Assembly: GCF_050920415.1 (NCBI RefSeq)
Contig: NZ_CP169309.1
Strand: one strand, 5' to 3'
Length of the DNA: 64,000 nt
DNA from: Escherichia coli
GTDB lineage: Bacteria; Pseudomonadota; Gammaproteobacteria; Enterobacterales; Enterobacteriaceae
Within the stretch, counting starts at the first letter, position 1; the number at the start of each line of letters is the position of its first letter. Under the pieces are notes generated by a model. That model was not told the DNA's origin. It did no database searches and saw only the letters and a program-made list of their open reading frames with translations. The position numbers and the translations under genes are program-made. Shown here piece by piece: positions 20,790 through 28,983 of this stretch.

Positions 20790-20879
20790 ATGGACACGCT
20801 GACACAAAAGTTAACCGTGCTCATTGCCGTACTGGAGTTATTAGTGGCTCTGTTACGGCTGATTGATTTGTTGAAGTAA
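20790..20879 (+). CDS. zorO: type I toxin, 29-aa hydrophobic peptide (ZorO-like)
   Basis: ATG 20790 preceded by GGAGAG SD; translation MDTLTQKLTVLIAVLELLVALLRLIDLLK; stop TAA 20877-20879; missed by the ORF track because shorter than 60 aa; matches my recollection of ZorO from E. coli O157:H7. Confidence 0.7.
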   Translation: MDTLTQKLTVLIAVLELLVALLRLIDLLK

Positions 20880-21138
20880 CGGGCAAATTGAAACGCATCT
20901 AAGGGGGAATACCGTCTCCCTCTTTAATAAAGCTATACTCGTCATAATTCAAGTTGCATGTGCTGCGACTGCGTGTTATTCGGCCCATCCATGGACCTCA
21001 CCCCTTACGGGGCCGCTGCAAGTAGCGTTCAAATCCGCTCCATGCGGATTTGTCGTTCACCCCAGTCACTTACTTTAGTAAGCTCCTGGGGATTCACTCG
21101 CTTATCGCCTTCCTGCAACTTGAATTATTTAGAGTATA

Positions 21139-21456
21139 TTATTCTATTTCTTGGTTGAATATATTCTGTAGTTCACGATTAAAAATAGCGATTACAGTTT
21201 CAGGTGATTCACCTCGTAATTTTCGCTCATCAATAAATTCATCTCTTATATAAATCAACGCATCATTTATTAGCGGGTCGGCATCATCTCTATCACGTTG
21301 ATGAAATGTTGGACGTAGCCGGAATCGTTCCTGTCGATAGACGGAACCTGTAAATAATTCAGAGCATTTATGGATCTCAAGTCTGAAGGAAAACGGATCT
21401 TCAGGTACAGGGACTTCATAATCATAAGTAGCGACCAGCTCTTTTTGCACGATCAT
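21139..21456 (-). CDS. yehK: small uncharacterized protein, 105 aa
   Basis: ORF 21139..21456, 60 nt downstream of yehI on the same strand; size and position match K-12 yehK. Confidence 0.7.
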   Translation of the reverse strand: MIVQKELVATYDYEVPVPEDPFSFRLEIHKCSELFTGSVYRQERFRLRPTFHQRDRDDADPLINDALIYIRDEFIDERKLRGESPETVIAIFNRELQNIFNQEIE

Positions 21457-21516
21457 CGCTTTTCCCGGTGGTAAGTCGTGTTGATAACGGGCAGTCGCAT
21501 CACTGCCCGCTGTGTT

Positions 21517-24500
21517 TTAATGGAAAATGACGTCAGGTGCGCTTAACGCTTCACTCAAATCAAACGTATCGAGTTCGGCAAAAGTGACAGATTTATTGTC
21601 ACGGTACACTCGAAGAGAACGGAAGCTCATTAGCGCTTTGCTATCAGCACTGTAGTGGTTAAAACCGGGTGAAAACTTAAGGACCAGCCGATACTCGCCC
21701 AGGTCATAGACACATGCGTCCTCAAAACCTGACTCCCAGCCTTTGTATCGCATTCCCATAAGTTGCCCAACGGTTGCGGATTTACCTTCCCAGCGAGTCA
21801 GGCTGTTACTGGCTGACTCGTCAGGTGTGAGCAGCACTGTGCGCCGCATCAACTGGCGAAAAGGCTGCATAATTTCGTAATCGGCAAAAACCTGTGCAAA
21901 TTCACTGCGCATTTCTGCTGTCATTTCTAACGGGTGGGCAATGCCAATCAGAGCATCCGCAGGCAGGTCAATTGGCTCATCTTGTGCGTTGCAGAACTCC
22001 CCCTCAGCGGCCACACGAAAGGCGTTGAGTAAACGACGCGGTTCATTTGCCGGATAAACCGCCCATATTAATCGCTGAGTAACCAGGCGAGTAAAGGGAT
22101 GATTAACAAACAGAGAATGAAAATCTGCCAGCGACCAGCGTCGGGTGGTGCGTAGGGCAGTTTCAAGACGCGGGAGCAGGTTTTTGCTCACCTGAGTGGC
22201 ATCTTTTTTTAGCCCTTTTAGTCGGGCCAGTGCCTCGGGCGCTTTCAGTTGATCGTCATCGGCGCGCAACCGGGGAACACTTTTCTGGCGAACGTTTTGC
22301 TGATCAAAGATAACCGGGTTGAGGTTTTCATCGAAGCGAACGGTAAACTGCCGGGGACCAAAATCAAATATCAACGCCTGCGGATCATCCAGGCCCAGTG
22401 TTGGGACTAATCTGTCCGCTAACTCTTCCTGGCTTAGTCCACGATTTTCTGCGACCACCTGAAGAAATTCCGCCGCGTTATCACGTAAGGGACGGGATTT
22501 CGCCCGTTGCGATATATGATGCAGCTGTATCAGTGCCATATCATTATTCATCTGAGTAAGTATATTCAGACCACTGACAGCACGGGCAGATTTGCCCTCT
22601 TGAGGCCAGGCAAGGATCTGTGTCGTCAGATTCCGAGCCGTGCTTTCGTCACCAAAGAGACTTAACGCCAAAAAAGCCCAGTTGTCTTTTGCGGGGGCGC
22701 CAGCCTGTTGCCAGGCGGTGAAGAGATCCCAGGCAAAAGCGGCCAGCGTTTGTGGCTGGCAGAACGTTTTCAGTTGTTCCAGCCCGCAATAAAAACGTCC
22801 GCCCTGGGTAAAGCGCAGCATTTCGCCAATAATTTCCAGAGCGTCATCAGTAACAGGTTGATTATTCGTGATAAGTCTCGGCCTGGACCACATTGCCGGA
22901 TGCCAGAAATCAGGGGCTTTGGGAATGCGTGCCGGGTAAATCTCTATTGGACTCTGTTTAAGTAATTGCTCCAGGGCAGGCCATACATCTGTACGCTGCC
23001 AACGATTGGCTACAGTTTGTAGCAATTCGCCATGTCCTTGTTCATACAGTAAACGCAGAGCATTGAGTGCCGCTTCGCTGTTATCGCCAGACCTGGCAAA
23101 GATTAATGGGATCAGCGCCGTAGCCGTATGCTCCGGCCATTGTAAAATCCACTGGCGAGCCAGATTACGCTGGCCCGCAAAACGATGCCAGACGCGGGCA
23201 ACGGGCAGCGCCAGTTCTGTTGCGCCAAAATGAATCAGCAGCGGAAATATCTCTTTGGGATGTCGGGCAAAGGCGGTGATTAATCCGGGCAAAGCATCGG
23301 TACCCAGCACACTTAACAGATATTCCACCCCGGTGTAATGAAAATCAGCCGCGACAATTTGTTGCCAGCACGATACTGCCATTTCGCGCGGCATTTGCGC
23401 GATAAGGTACAGATTCCACACTCCCCAACGCTTTTCATCAGTGTAATTAAATTTGCGTTGGAAAGTTCGCCACCCCTCCATCAACGCAACGCTATCTTGT
23501 GCCAGTAATGCGCTGGCGGCCTCTTCCCGGTAGTGTTTATTTTCAGTCTGTTTTGCCTGATAATTGAGCAATCTTCCTAATGAAGTATGTGTCTCTAGTT
23601 GATCGGTATCCAGAGCATCCAACTGTCCTGTGAGAATAAACTCATTAAACTTCCACCTGTGATCTTCAAAACCTAATTCCCGCAAGAAGGTATCGGTTCC
23701 TCTGCTAGCGAGACGTTCGTCAAAAGGCATGGCGCTAAAATGGCTGATTGTAGTTTGTTGTTCCTGCGTCCAGTGTTCCTGGGACGACCTGTACGCTTGC
23801 GGTACAAGCGTAAGTTCAGGTAGCGAAAAGTGAGTTATGGAAGTCTTTTTTCTGCCACGCCACGGTGGCGAAACGAGGATTTCAGGCAGACTGCTGTTAT
23901 CGGTGCTATCAATAACCGGTTTTGGCGAAGCCGATAAATAACTATTCACCACTGCCCGGGCTTGAGTACTTAACCACGGCATCACCTCTTCTGCCAGTTG
24001 TGGCTGCGATGCCATCAGCGTTTGTAACAGCGTATGCCAGTATTCATCACGTGCTTTTTGCTGTGCAGGCAGCTTTTTGTCTTCGATGATAGGATAACCA
24101 GGGCGCGCAGGGGGTTCTTTTAACGCCAGTAGTTCTGCCAGTGCGGCGAGCGTCGCATGGGGAAAGTTTTTACTGTATTTAGCCACACGTTGCAGGCTGG
24201 GTTTGTTTTTATCGGCAACTAACAGCAAGATGCGAATAACTTGCGGATGGTTAATTTGTACCAGCAGGCTACCGCAATCTTCTTTATGGGCATACATCGC
24301 GAGGCGTGGAACGGCTGCAATTCCCTGTTCGCGCAAAAGGGCGGCGCAGGCCGCGTAGCCGAAGTGGTTTTCATGCGACATGTAGCTGGCTTCGCGATCG
24401 CTAAATATATCCTGGCTCCAGTAGCGTTCGAGTTTTCTCACCGCTCTGGGGTCATTAGCAACAACTTTTAACCACTCCTTAGAATGAAAATGAGTCCGCG

Positions 24501-25167
24501 GGCATTCAAGGCCTACCAACTCATTGGCGATTTCTGGTTTCTCCGGGAGGATGAGTGCAATAAAAGGACGGCGAACTTTGGGTATTCCTGGCAGTGCGGC
24601 AATGAGTTTGTCGGCGCAACGCTGCCAGCAGCTTTCCTCTGCCAGAGAGAGATGCTTACGCAGTCGGAGATCGAATTCGTTATAGGTTTCTGAGCGATAA
24701 CCATAGCCATAACCATCGTCCTCGTTCTGATACTGCAATGTTACTACCAGAGGATCACTCTCATAACACCGTACAATAAACTGGCGTGCAATCACCACTT
24801 CAGTCGCATATTCCAGTCCCTCTTGTTGGACGATTTCATCGAGCAACTGTTGGCTATCATTTTGCGCGATACAGGCTAGCGCCGCCATTGTCCGGGCCGG
24901 AATTGAGGGGTTGTGCTCGCCTATCAAGTTGATGGCTTGCGTAATGGCCGACTGCCACTCCAGTGAAAAATTTTCATAACGCCAGACGATGTTTTTTTTC
25001 TTCTCAGCAATGTGTAGCAATTTATCACCCAGTGTCTGGATGAGGCTTTCAGTGATAACAGGCACCGGTTCGCCCGGCCAATTGCGATGGCTGAGTGGTG
25101 TTTTGCCTTTTTTATATTTCAGTTCCAGTTGGGCGTTATCCGCTAGCCACGGTAATTCCTTGTCCAT
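21517..25167 (-). CDS. yehI: large MolR/YehI-family protein (DUF4132-type), without the N-terminal WGR domain
   Basis: 1216-aa ORF; central and C-terminal regions share blocks with the two upstream paralogs (e.g. DFGPRQFTVxFDExL, HPLxxxLTxRLIW); starts 9 nt after the upstream paralog stop. Confidence 0.85.
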   Translation of the reverse strand: MDKELPWLADNAQLELKYKKGKTPLSHRNWPGEPVPVITESLIQTLGDKLLHIAEKKKNIVWRYENFSLEWQSAITQAINLIGEHNPSIPARTMAALACIAQNDSQQLLDEIVQQEGLEYATEVVIARQFIVRCYESDPLVVTLQYQNEDDGYGYGYRSETYNEFDLRLRKHLSLAEESCWQRCADKLIAALPGIPKVRRPFIALILPEKPEIANELVGLECPRTHFHSKEWLKVVANDPRAVRKLERYWSQDIFSDREASYMSHENHFGYAACAALLREQGIAAVPRLAMYAHKEDCGSLLVQINHPQVIRILLLVADKNKPSLQRVAKYSKNFPHATLAALAELLALKEPPARPGYPIIEDKKLPAQQKARDEYWHTLLQTLMASQPQLAEEVMPWLSTQARAVVNSYLSASPKPVIDSTDNSSLPEILVSPPWRGRKKTSITHFSLPELTLVPQAYRSSQEHWTQEQQTTISHFSAMPFDERLASRGTDTFLRELGFEDHRWKFNEFILTGQLDALDTDQLETHTSLGRLLNYQAKQTENKHYREEAASALLAQDSVALMEGWRTFQRKFNYTDEKRWGVWNLYLIAQMPREMAVSCWQQIVAADFHYTGVEYLLSVLGTDALPGLITAFARHPKEIFPLLIHFGATELALPVARVWHRFAGQRNLARQWILQWPEHTATALIPLIFARSGDNSEAALNALRLLYEQGHGELLQTVANRWQRTDVWPALEQLLKQSPIEIYPARIPKAPDFWHPAMWSRPRLITNNQPVTDDALEIIGEMLRFTQGGRFYCGLEQLKTFCQPQTLAAFAWDLFTAWQQAGAPAKDNWAFLALSLFGDESTARNLTTQILAWPQEGKSARAVSGLNILTQMNNDMALIQLHHISQRAKSRPLRDNAAEFLQVVAENRGLSQEELADRLVPTLGLDDPQALIFDFGPRQFTVRFDENLNPVIFDQQNVRQKSVPRLRADDDQLKAPEALARLKGLKKDATQVSKNLLPRLETALRTTRRWSLADFHSLFVNHPFTRLVTQRLIWAVYPANEPRRLLNAFRVAAEGEFCNAQDEPIDLPADALIGIAHPLEMTAEMRSEFAQVFADYEIMQPFRQLMRRTVLLTPDESASNSLTRWEGKSATVGQLMGMRYKGWESGFEDACVYDLGEYRLVLKFSPGFNHYSADSKALMSFRSLRVYRDNKSVTFAELDTFDLSEALSAPDVIFH

Positions 25168-25176
25168 GCTCTTTCC

Positions 25177-28100
25177 TTATTCAAACAGGGCTTCAATATC
25201 GTTAATCAACTCGCTGGCGGTGATGTCATCGAGTGCGGAGAACTGCGCTTCCTGTGTTGAATGACTCCCCCAGCCATAGCTTTCTGCTTTGCCTTCCCAT
25301 AGCCACAGCTTGCTTAAGAGTTGCTCGGCACTGAGTTCGGCTGGCGACATACCAACTGCAAATCCTTCATCGATTTCCATGATTAATGACCAGCGGCCCA
25401 GAGGTTTGATCATCCAGCCGATCCAGCCACCGTCCTGCGGTTCACCACGCATCCAGCCTTTATTCGCCAGCCCCATTACCCGACCGCTCGGGCATTTTCT
25501 GCCTGCCCAGCGGGTCAATTCGCTGGCATTGCGCTCGGTTTCTGTCAGGGCATAACTGTTGCGGTCGAGCTGGCGGAACGGCGGTAACAGCTCGTAGTCG
25601 GCAAAAAGCTGACCAAAGGCGGCGGCATCCGTCGGTGATATTTCCAGAACGTGAGGAATACCAATAGAGATATCGCCTTCCGGCAGGGTGAAAAGATCAT
25701 CGTCAGCGGTGCTGTAGCTGTTATCTTCCGCCACACGGAAGCACGCCAGTAACTGGTTGTCTGCGCTATAAATGCCCCAAATCAGACGGCGGGTTAAGTG
25801 GCAGACCAGCGGATGCTCAACCAGAAAGAGCTGAAAGTTTTCCGGCGACCAGCGGCGGCGCAGGCACATGGCGGATTCCAGCCTTGCCACCTGCTGGGCG
25901 GCAACGGTACGCGCATCTTTTTTCAGCAGTTTGTAGCGGTTAACTGCATCGTTCGCTTGGGTTTCATCATCGCTTTTGTTCGGTTTAGGCAAGTCTTTCA
26001 GGCGGCTGCCGGAAACATCGCGCACAAACGGTTTTAAGGTTTCATCAAAGCTGACGGTGAACTGCCGTGGGCCAAAATCCAGCAGCAGCGAACCGTTATC
26101 ATCCAGACCGAGATCCGGTGCTAACCGGTCTTCAAGCTCCGCCACCGTGAGTTCGCGGCTCTCGGCAATGTCGGCAATTTTTTCTTTTGCCCGCTCCTGT
26201 AATGCTTTGAATTTCAGTTTCTGGGCGATGCCGTTAAGCTGCATCAGGGCGATATCACTACCGATAGCAGCGAGGATATCCAGCCCGACGGTGGCGCGTT
26301 TATGCTGGGATTCACCAGGCCAGGCGCGGATTAATGGCGTCAGTTTGCGGGCGGTGTCATCGTTGCCAAGAACACCTAATGCAGTGAACGCCCAGCTCTC
26401 TTTCGACGGCGCGCCAGCGGTCTCCCAGGCGGTAAACAGATCCCAGGCAAACTCAGCCAGTGAGTCGGCAGTACAGGCGTCTTTCACCTGTAATAACCCC
26501 GGATACAGCGTATCTTCCTGAGGGAAGCGAAGCATTTCACCGAGGTGGAAGAGGGCGCTATCTGGCAGTGATTGGGCGTTTGCTTTTAATACCGGGCGCG
26601 TCCAGAGCGATGGCTGATAAAAGGCCGGAAGAGTGGGGATTTTTGTCGGGTGATTATCTAAGGGATCGAGCGCTAGCAGAGCGTTCACCGCGTCTGTTAC
26701 TTCCGGCTGGTTATAACGCCGGGCGATTTCTTGCAATAATGGCTGATGACCGTTTTCTGTAAGCATACGCAAGGCAGCGCGGGCGTTGTCCTGCGCTTCA
26801 CCGGCTTTGCCGAGCGCCGCGGGCAGCAGGCCGGTAATGGCGTGTTCCGGGTATTTCAGCAGCCAGCTACGGGCGTCTTGTCGTAGGGTTTTGAGTTTGT
26901 TGAAGGCGCGGGCGACGGCAGGAGCCAGCTCACTCGCTGCGAAGTAATTCGTTATGGGCAAGGCTTCCTGTGGATAGCGTGCAAGTGAGTTTACTAACCC
27001 AGGTAATCCTTTGAGTCCAAAATGTAACATGGCGTATTCGGTATCGGTATGCGGAGATACAGTAAGGGCATTCCATGCTCTTATTGCTTTCTCCAGCGGC
27101 AATGTTGTCAAAATCCCCAAATGCCAATAATGCCCGGTAGGTGAATGAAACACCTTAAATTCACTTATTAAGGTTGCATAATCTTCATTTAGCCATGCCT
27201 CAACTACCGCTTCGGGAGCTTTAATATATGTACCAGCGATCCGTCGTTGAAAACCCATCCTTGCCAACAGATTGGCAGTACTTTCTTCATGACTAACCGT
27301 GATGTGTTTTGAATACCAGATATATTTCGCCAAAAGTTGATTACTGATTTCTTCTGTCAGATAACTGATTGGCTCAATGCCTAATGGTGCTAAATCAAGC
27401 ACCGGAATCGACGATTTTTTCTTTTTCGAAAGCCATGGTGGGGAGACTACTATGGCCGGCAGTAGATCGGTGCTGGCATGGTTTGAGGGCTGTGTCAGTT
27501 GTTGCTGGCATGATTTCAGCACTGCAGCTGCGGGTGTCGAAAGCCAGGGAATGACCTGTTCTGCCAGTGCTGGTTGCGAGATAAGCATCGTCATTAGCAT
27601 AATGCGCCAACTATTCTCTTCTTTTTGCACTAGAAGTTCCGCCAGTGCTGCCAGTGCTGCGTGTGGGAACGCAGCGCAGGCTTTCGTCATTCGATCGTGA
27701 CAGCGTTTAGTATGCCCGGCTACACGTATAAGCAGTGTTAATGCGAACGGATGATTGATATGACGCAACACATCGGCGCAGTAGTCACTTGCGGCATAGG
27801 GAGCAAATCGGGGCAGGGCTGCAACACCTTGCTCCTGTAATACGGTGGCTGACCATATCGCACCACAATAGTAATCATCAAAAATGGCATATGGCTCGTG
27901 ATATTTTTCTAATGAGGCAAGAATGTGCTCATCAGTCGCCACTATTTTTAGCCACTCAAGCGAGGGTAATTTTTTTTTCCCCAGTAGACGCTGGGCAATT
28001 TCATGTGCAATTTCTGGTTTTTCGGGTAATAACATAGCAATTAATGGTTGCCGCCATTCTGGAATATGTGGAATTGCGGCAATAAGTTTTTGTGCACATT

Positions 28101-28971
28101 TTTGCCAGAGAGACTCTTCCGCCAGTGATAAATGTTTCCGTAGGCGTAATTCAAAACTGGAATATTGCTGCAAGTTATCAGGTGCAATGCCAGACGGCAG
28201 AATAATAATGATATTATTCGCATAATTCCATTCAATATCAATCTGTTGAAGGTGTATTATTACATCAGTAGCATATTCCAGACCGCCTTCCTGAATGATC
28301 TGATCCATAACATCCTCACGCACTTTATATCTTGTGCATTTCATTTCAAGTGCCGTGAGTACAGCCATTACTGGTGATGGTAACTGTGTTGTTTTCAGGC
28401 AGTCGATCTGACTGATCGCCTGGGCGACGGTGTTTTGCCATACTAAAGAACAGGCGCTGAAGTCAAATGTGGCTGTTTTATTATCCCGTTGCGACACGCT
28501 ACAGGCTAAGCGACGTAACTGGGTCAAGTTGTCTGCTTGCTGAACAGGAACTCCGGGAAAGCGGCGATGGCTTAACGTGGTGTGTACAACTTCGGGCGGA
28601 AAAACGACAGCAATATCTTTCGCCAGCCACGGTAAAACATCATCTGTATTTTTGTCAGCCACACGGGCTTCTGCTACGCAAAAGGGTTGTTCCTGAATAA
28701 TGGTGGATAAGGCCGCTACCTTGAGAGAATCCGTTACCGTTTGGGAAGGTTGCAAAGAATTATCCTTCGCTTGCTCCACATACCCCTTCTTCACCTTCTC
28801 CGCAATCAGCCTCAGTTCCGCTTTTTCCGCCGCCGCAGCATCAGCAAAGCTTTTTACCTGGCTTTGCCCGTTGGTACTGACTTTGCCCCAACTAATATGC
28901 AGCTCGTTTCCCTGTTGCTCCACTGCCCAGAATTTATGTGATTTTTCGTCCTGATAAATATAGGTTTTCAT
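25177..28971 (-). CDS. molR: MolR-family protein with N-terminal WGR-like domain (intact; recalled as a pseudogene in K-12)
   Basis: 1264-aa ORF; N-terminus MKTYIYQDEKSHKFWAVEQQGNELHISWGKV; 12 nt downstream of the upstream paralog. Confidence 0.8.
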   Translation of the reverse strand: MKTYIYQDEKSHKFWAVEQQGNELHISWGKVSTNGQSQVKSFADAAAAEKAELRLIAEKVKKGYVEQAKDNSLQPSQTVTDSLKVAALSTIIQEQPFCVAEARVADKNTDDVLPWLAKDIAVVFPPEVVHTTLSHRRFPGVPVQQADNLTQLRRLACSVSQRDNKTATFDFSACSLVWQNTVAQAISQIDCLKTTQLPSPVMAVLTALEMKCTRYKVREDVMDQIIQEGGLEYATDVIIHLQQIDIEWNYANNIIIILPSGIAPDNLQQYSSFELRLRKHLSLAEESLWQKCAQKLIAAIPHIPEWRQPLIAMLLPEKPEIAHEIAQRLLGKKKLPSLEWLKIVATDEHILASLEKYHEPYAIFDDYYCGAIWSATVLQEQGVAALPRFAPYAASDYCADVLRHINHPFALTLLIRVAGHTKRCHDRMTKACAAFPHAALAALAELLVQKEENSWRIMLMTMLISQPALAEQVIPWLSTPAAAVLKSCQQQLTQPSNHASTDLLPAIVVSPPWLSKKKKSSIPVLDLAPLGIEPISYLTEEISNQLLAKYIWYSKHITVSHEESTANLLARMGFQRRIAGTYIKAPEAVVEAWLNEDYATLISEFKVFHSPTGHYWHLGILTTLPLEKAIRAWNALTVSPHTDTEYAMLHFGLKGLPGLVNSLARYPQEALPITNYFAASELAPAVARAFNKLKTLRQDARSWLLKYPEHAITGLLPAALGKAGEAQDNARAALRMLTENGHQPLLQEIARRYNQPEVTDAVNALLALDPLDNHPTKIPTLPAFYQPSLWTRPVLKANAQSLPDSALFHLGEMLRFPQEDTLYPGLLQVKDACTADSLAEFAWDLFTAWETAGAPSKESWAFTALGVLGNDDTARKLTPLIRAWPGESQHKRATVGLDILAAIGSDIALMQLNGIAQKLKFKALQERAKEKIADIAESRELTVAELEDRLAPDLGLDDNGSLLLDFGPRQFTVSFDETLKPFVRDVSGSRLKDLPKPNKSDDETQANDAVNRYKLLKKDARTVAAQQVARLESAMCLRRRWSPENFQLFLVEHPLVCHLTRRLIWGIYSADNQLLACFRVAEDNSYSTADDDLFTLPEGDISIGIPHVLEISPTDAAAFGQLFADYELLPPFRQLDRNSYALTETERNASELTRWAGRKCPSGRVMGLANKGWMRGEPQDGGWIGWMIKPLGRWSLIMEIDEGFAVGMSPAELSAEQLLSKLWLWEGKAESYGWGSHSTQEAQFSALDDITASELINDIEALFE

Positions 28972-28983
28972 TGCTAAATCCTT

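Noticed and set aside
20571-20805. Two overlapping 67-68-aa ORFs (plus 20571..20777, minus 20602..20805) in the zorO leader region
   Set aside because: They overlap the predicted promoters and 5' UTR of the toxin mRNA; no SD; better explained as non-coding regulatory RNA sequence.
20958-21253. Two 66-67-aa plus-strand ORFs between zorO and yehK
   Set aside because: No SD or promoter context, low-complexity translations, and they overlap the IR-bounded element and the yehK 3' end.
25976-26521. 181-aa ORF on the plus strand
   Set aside because: Antisense within the MolR paralog; Ser/Arg-rich shadow ORF.
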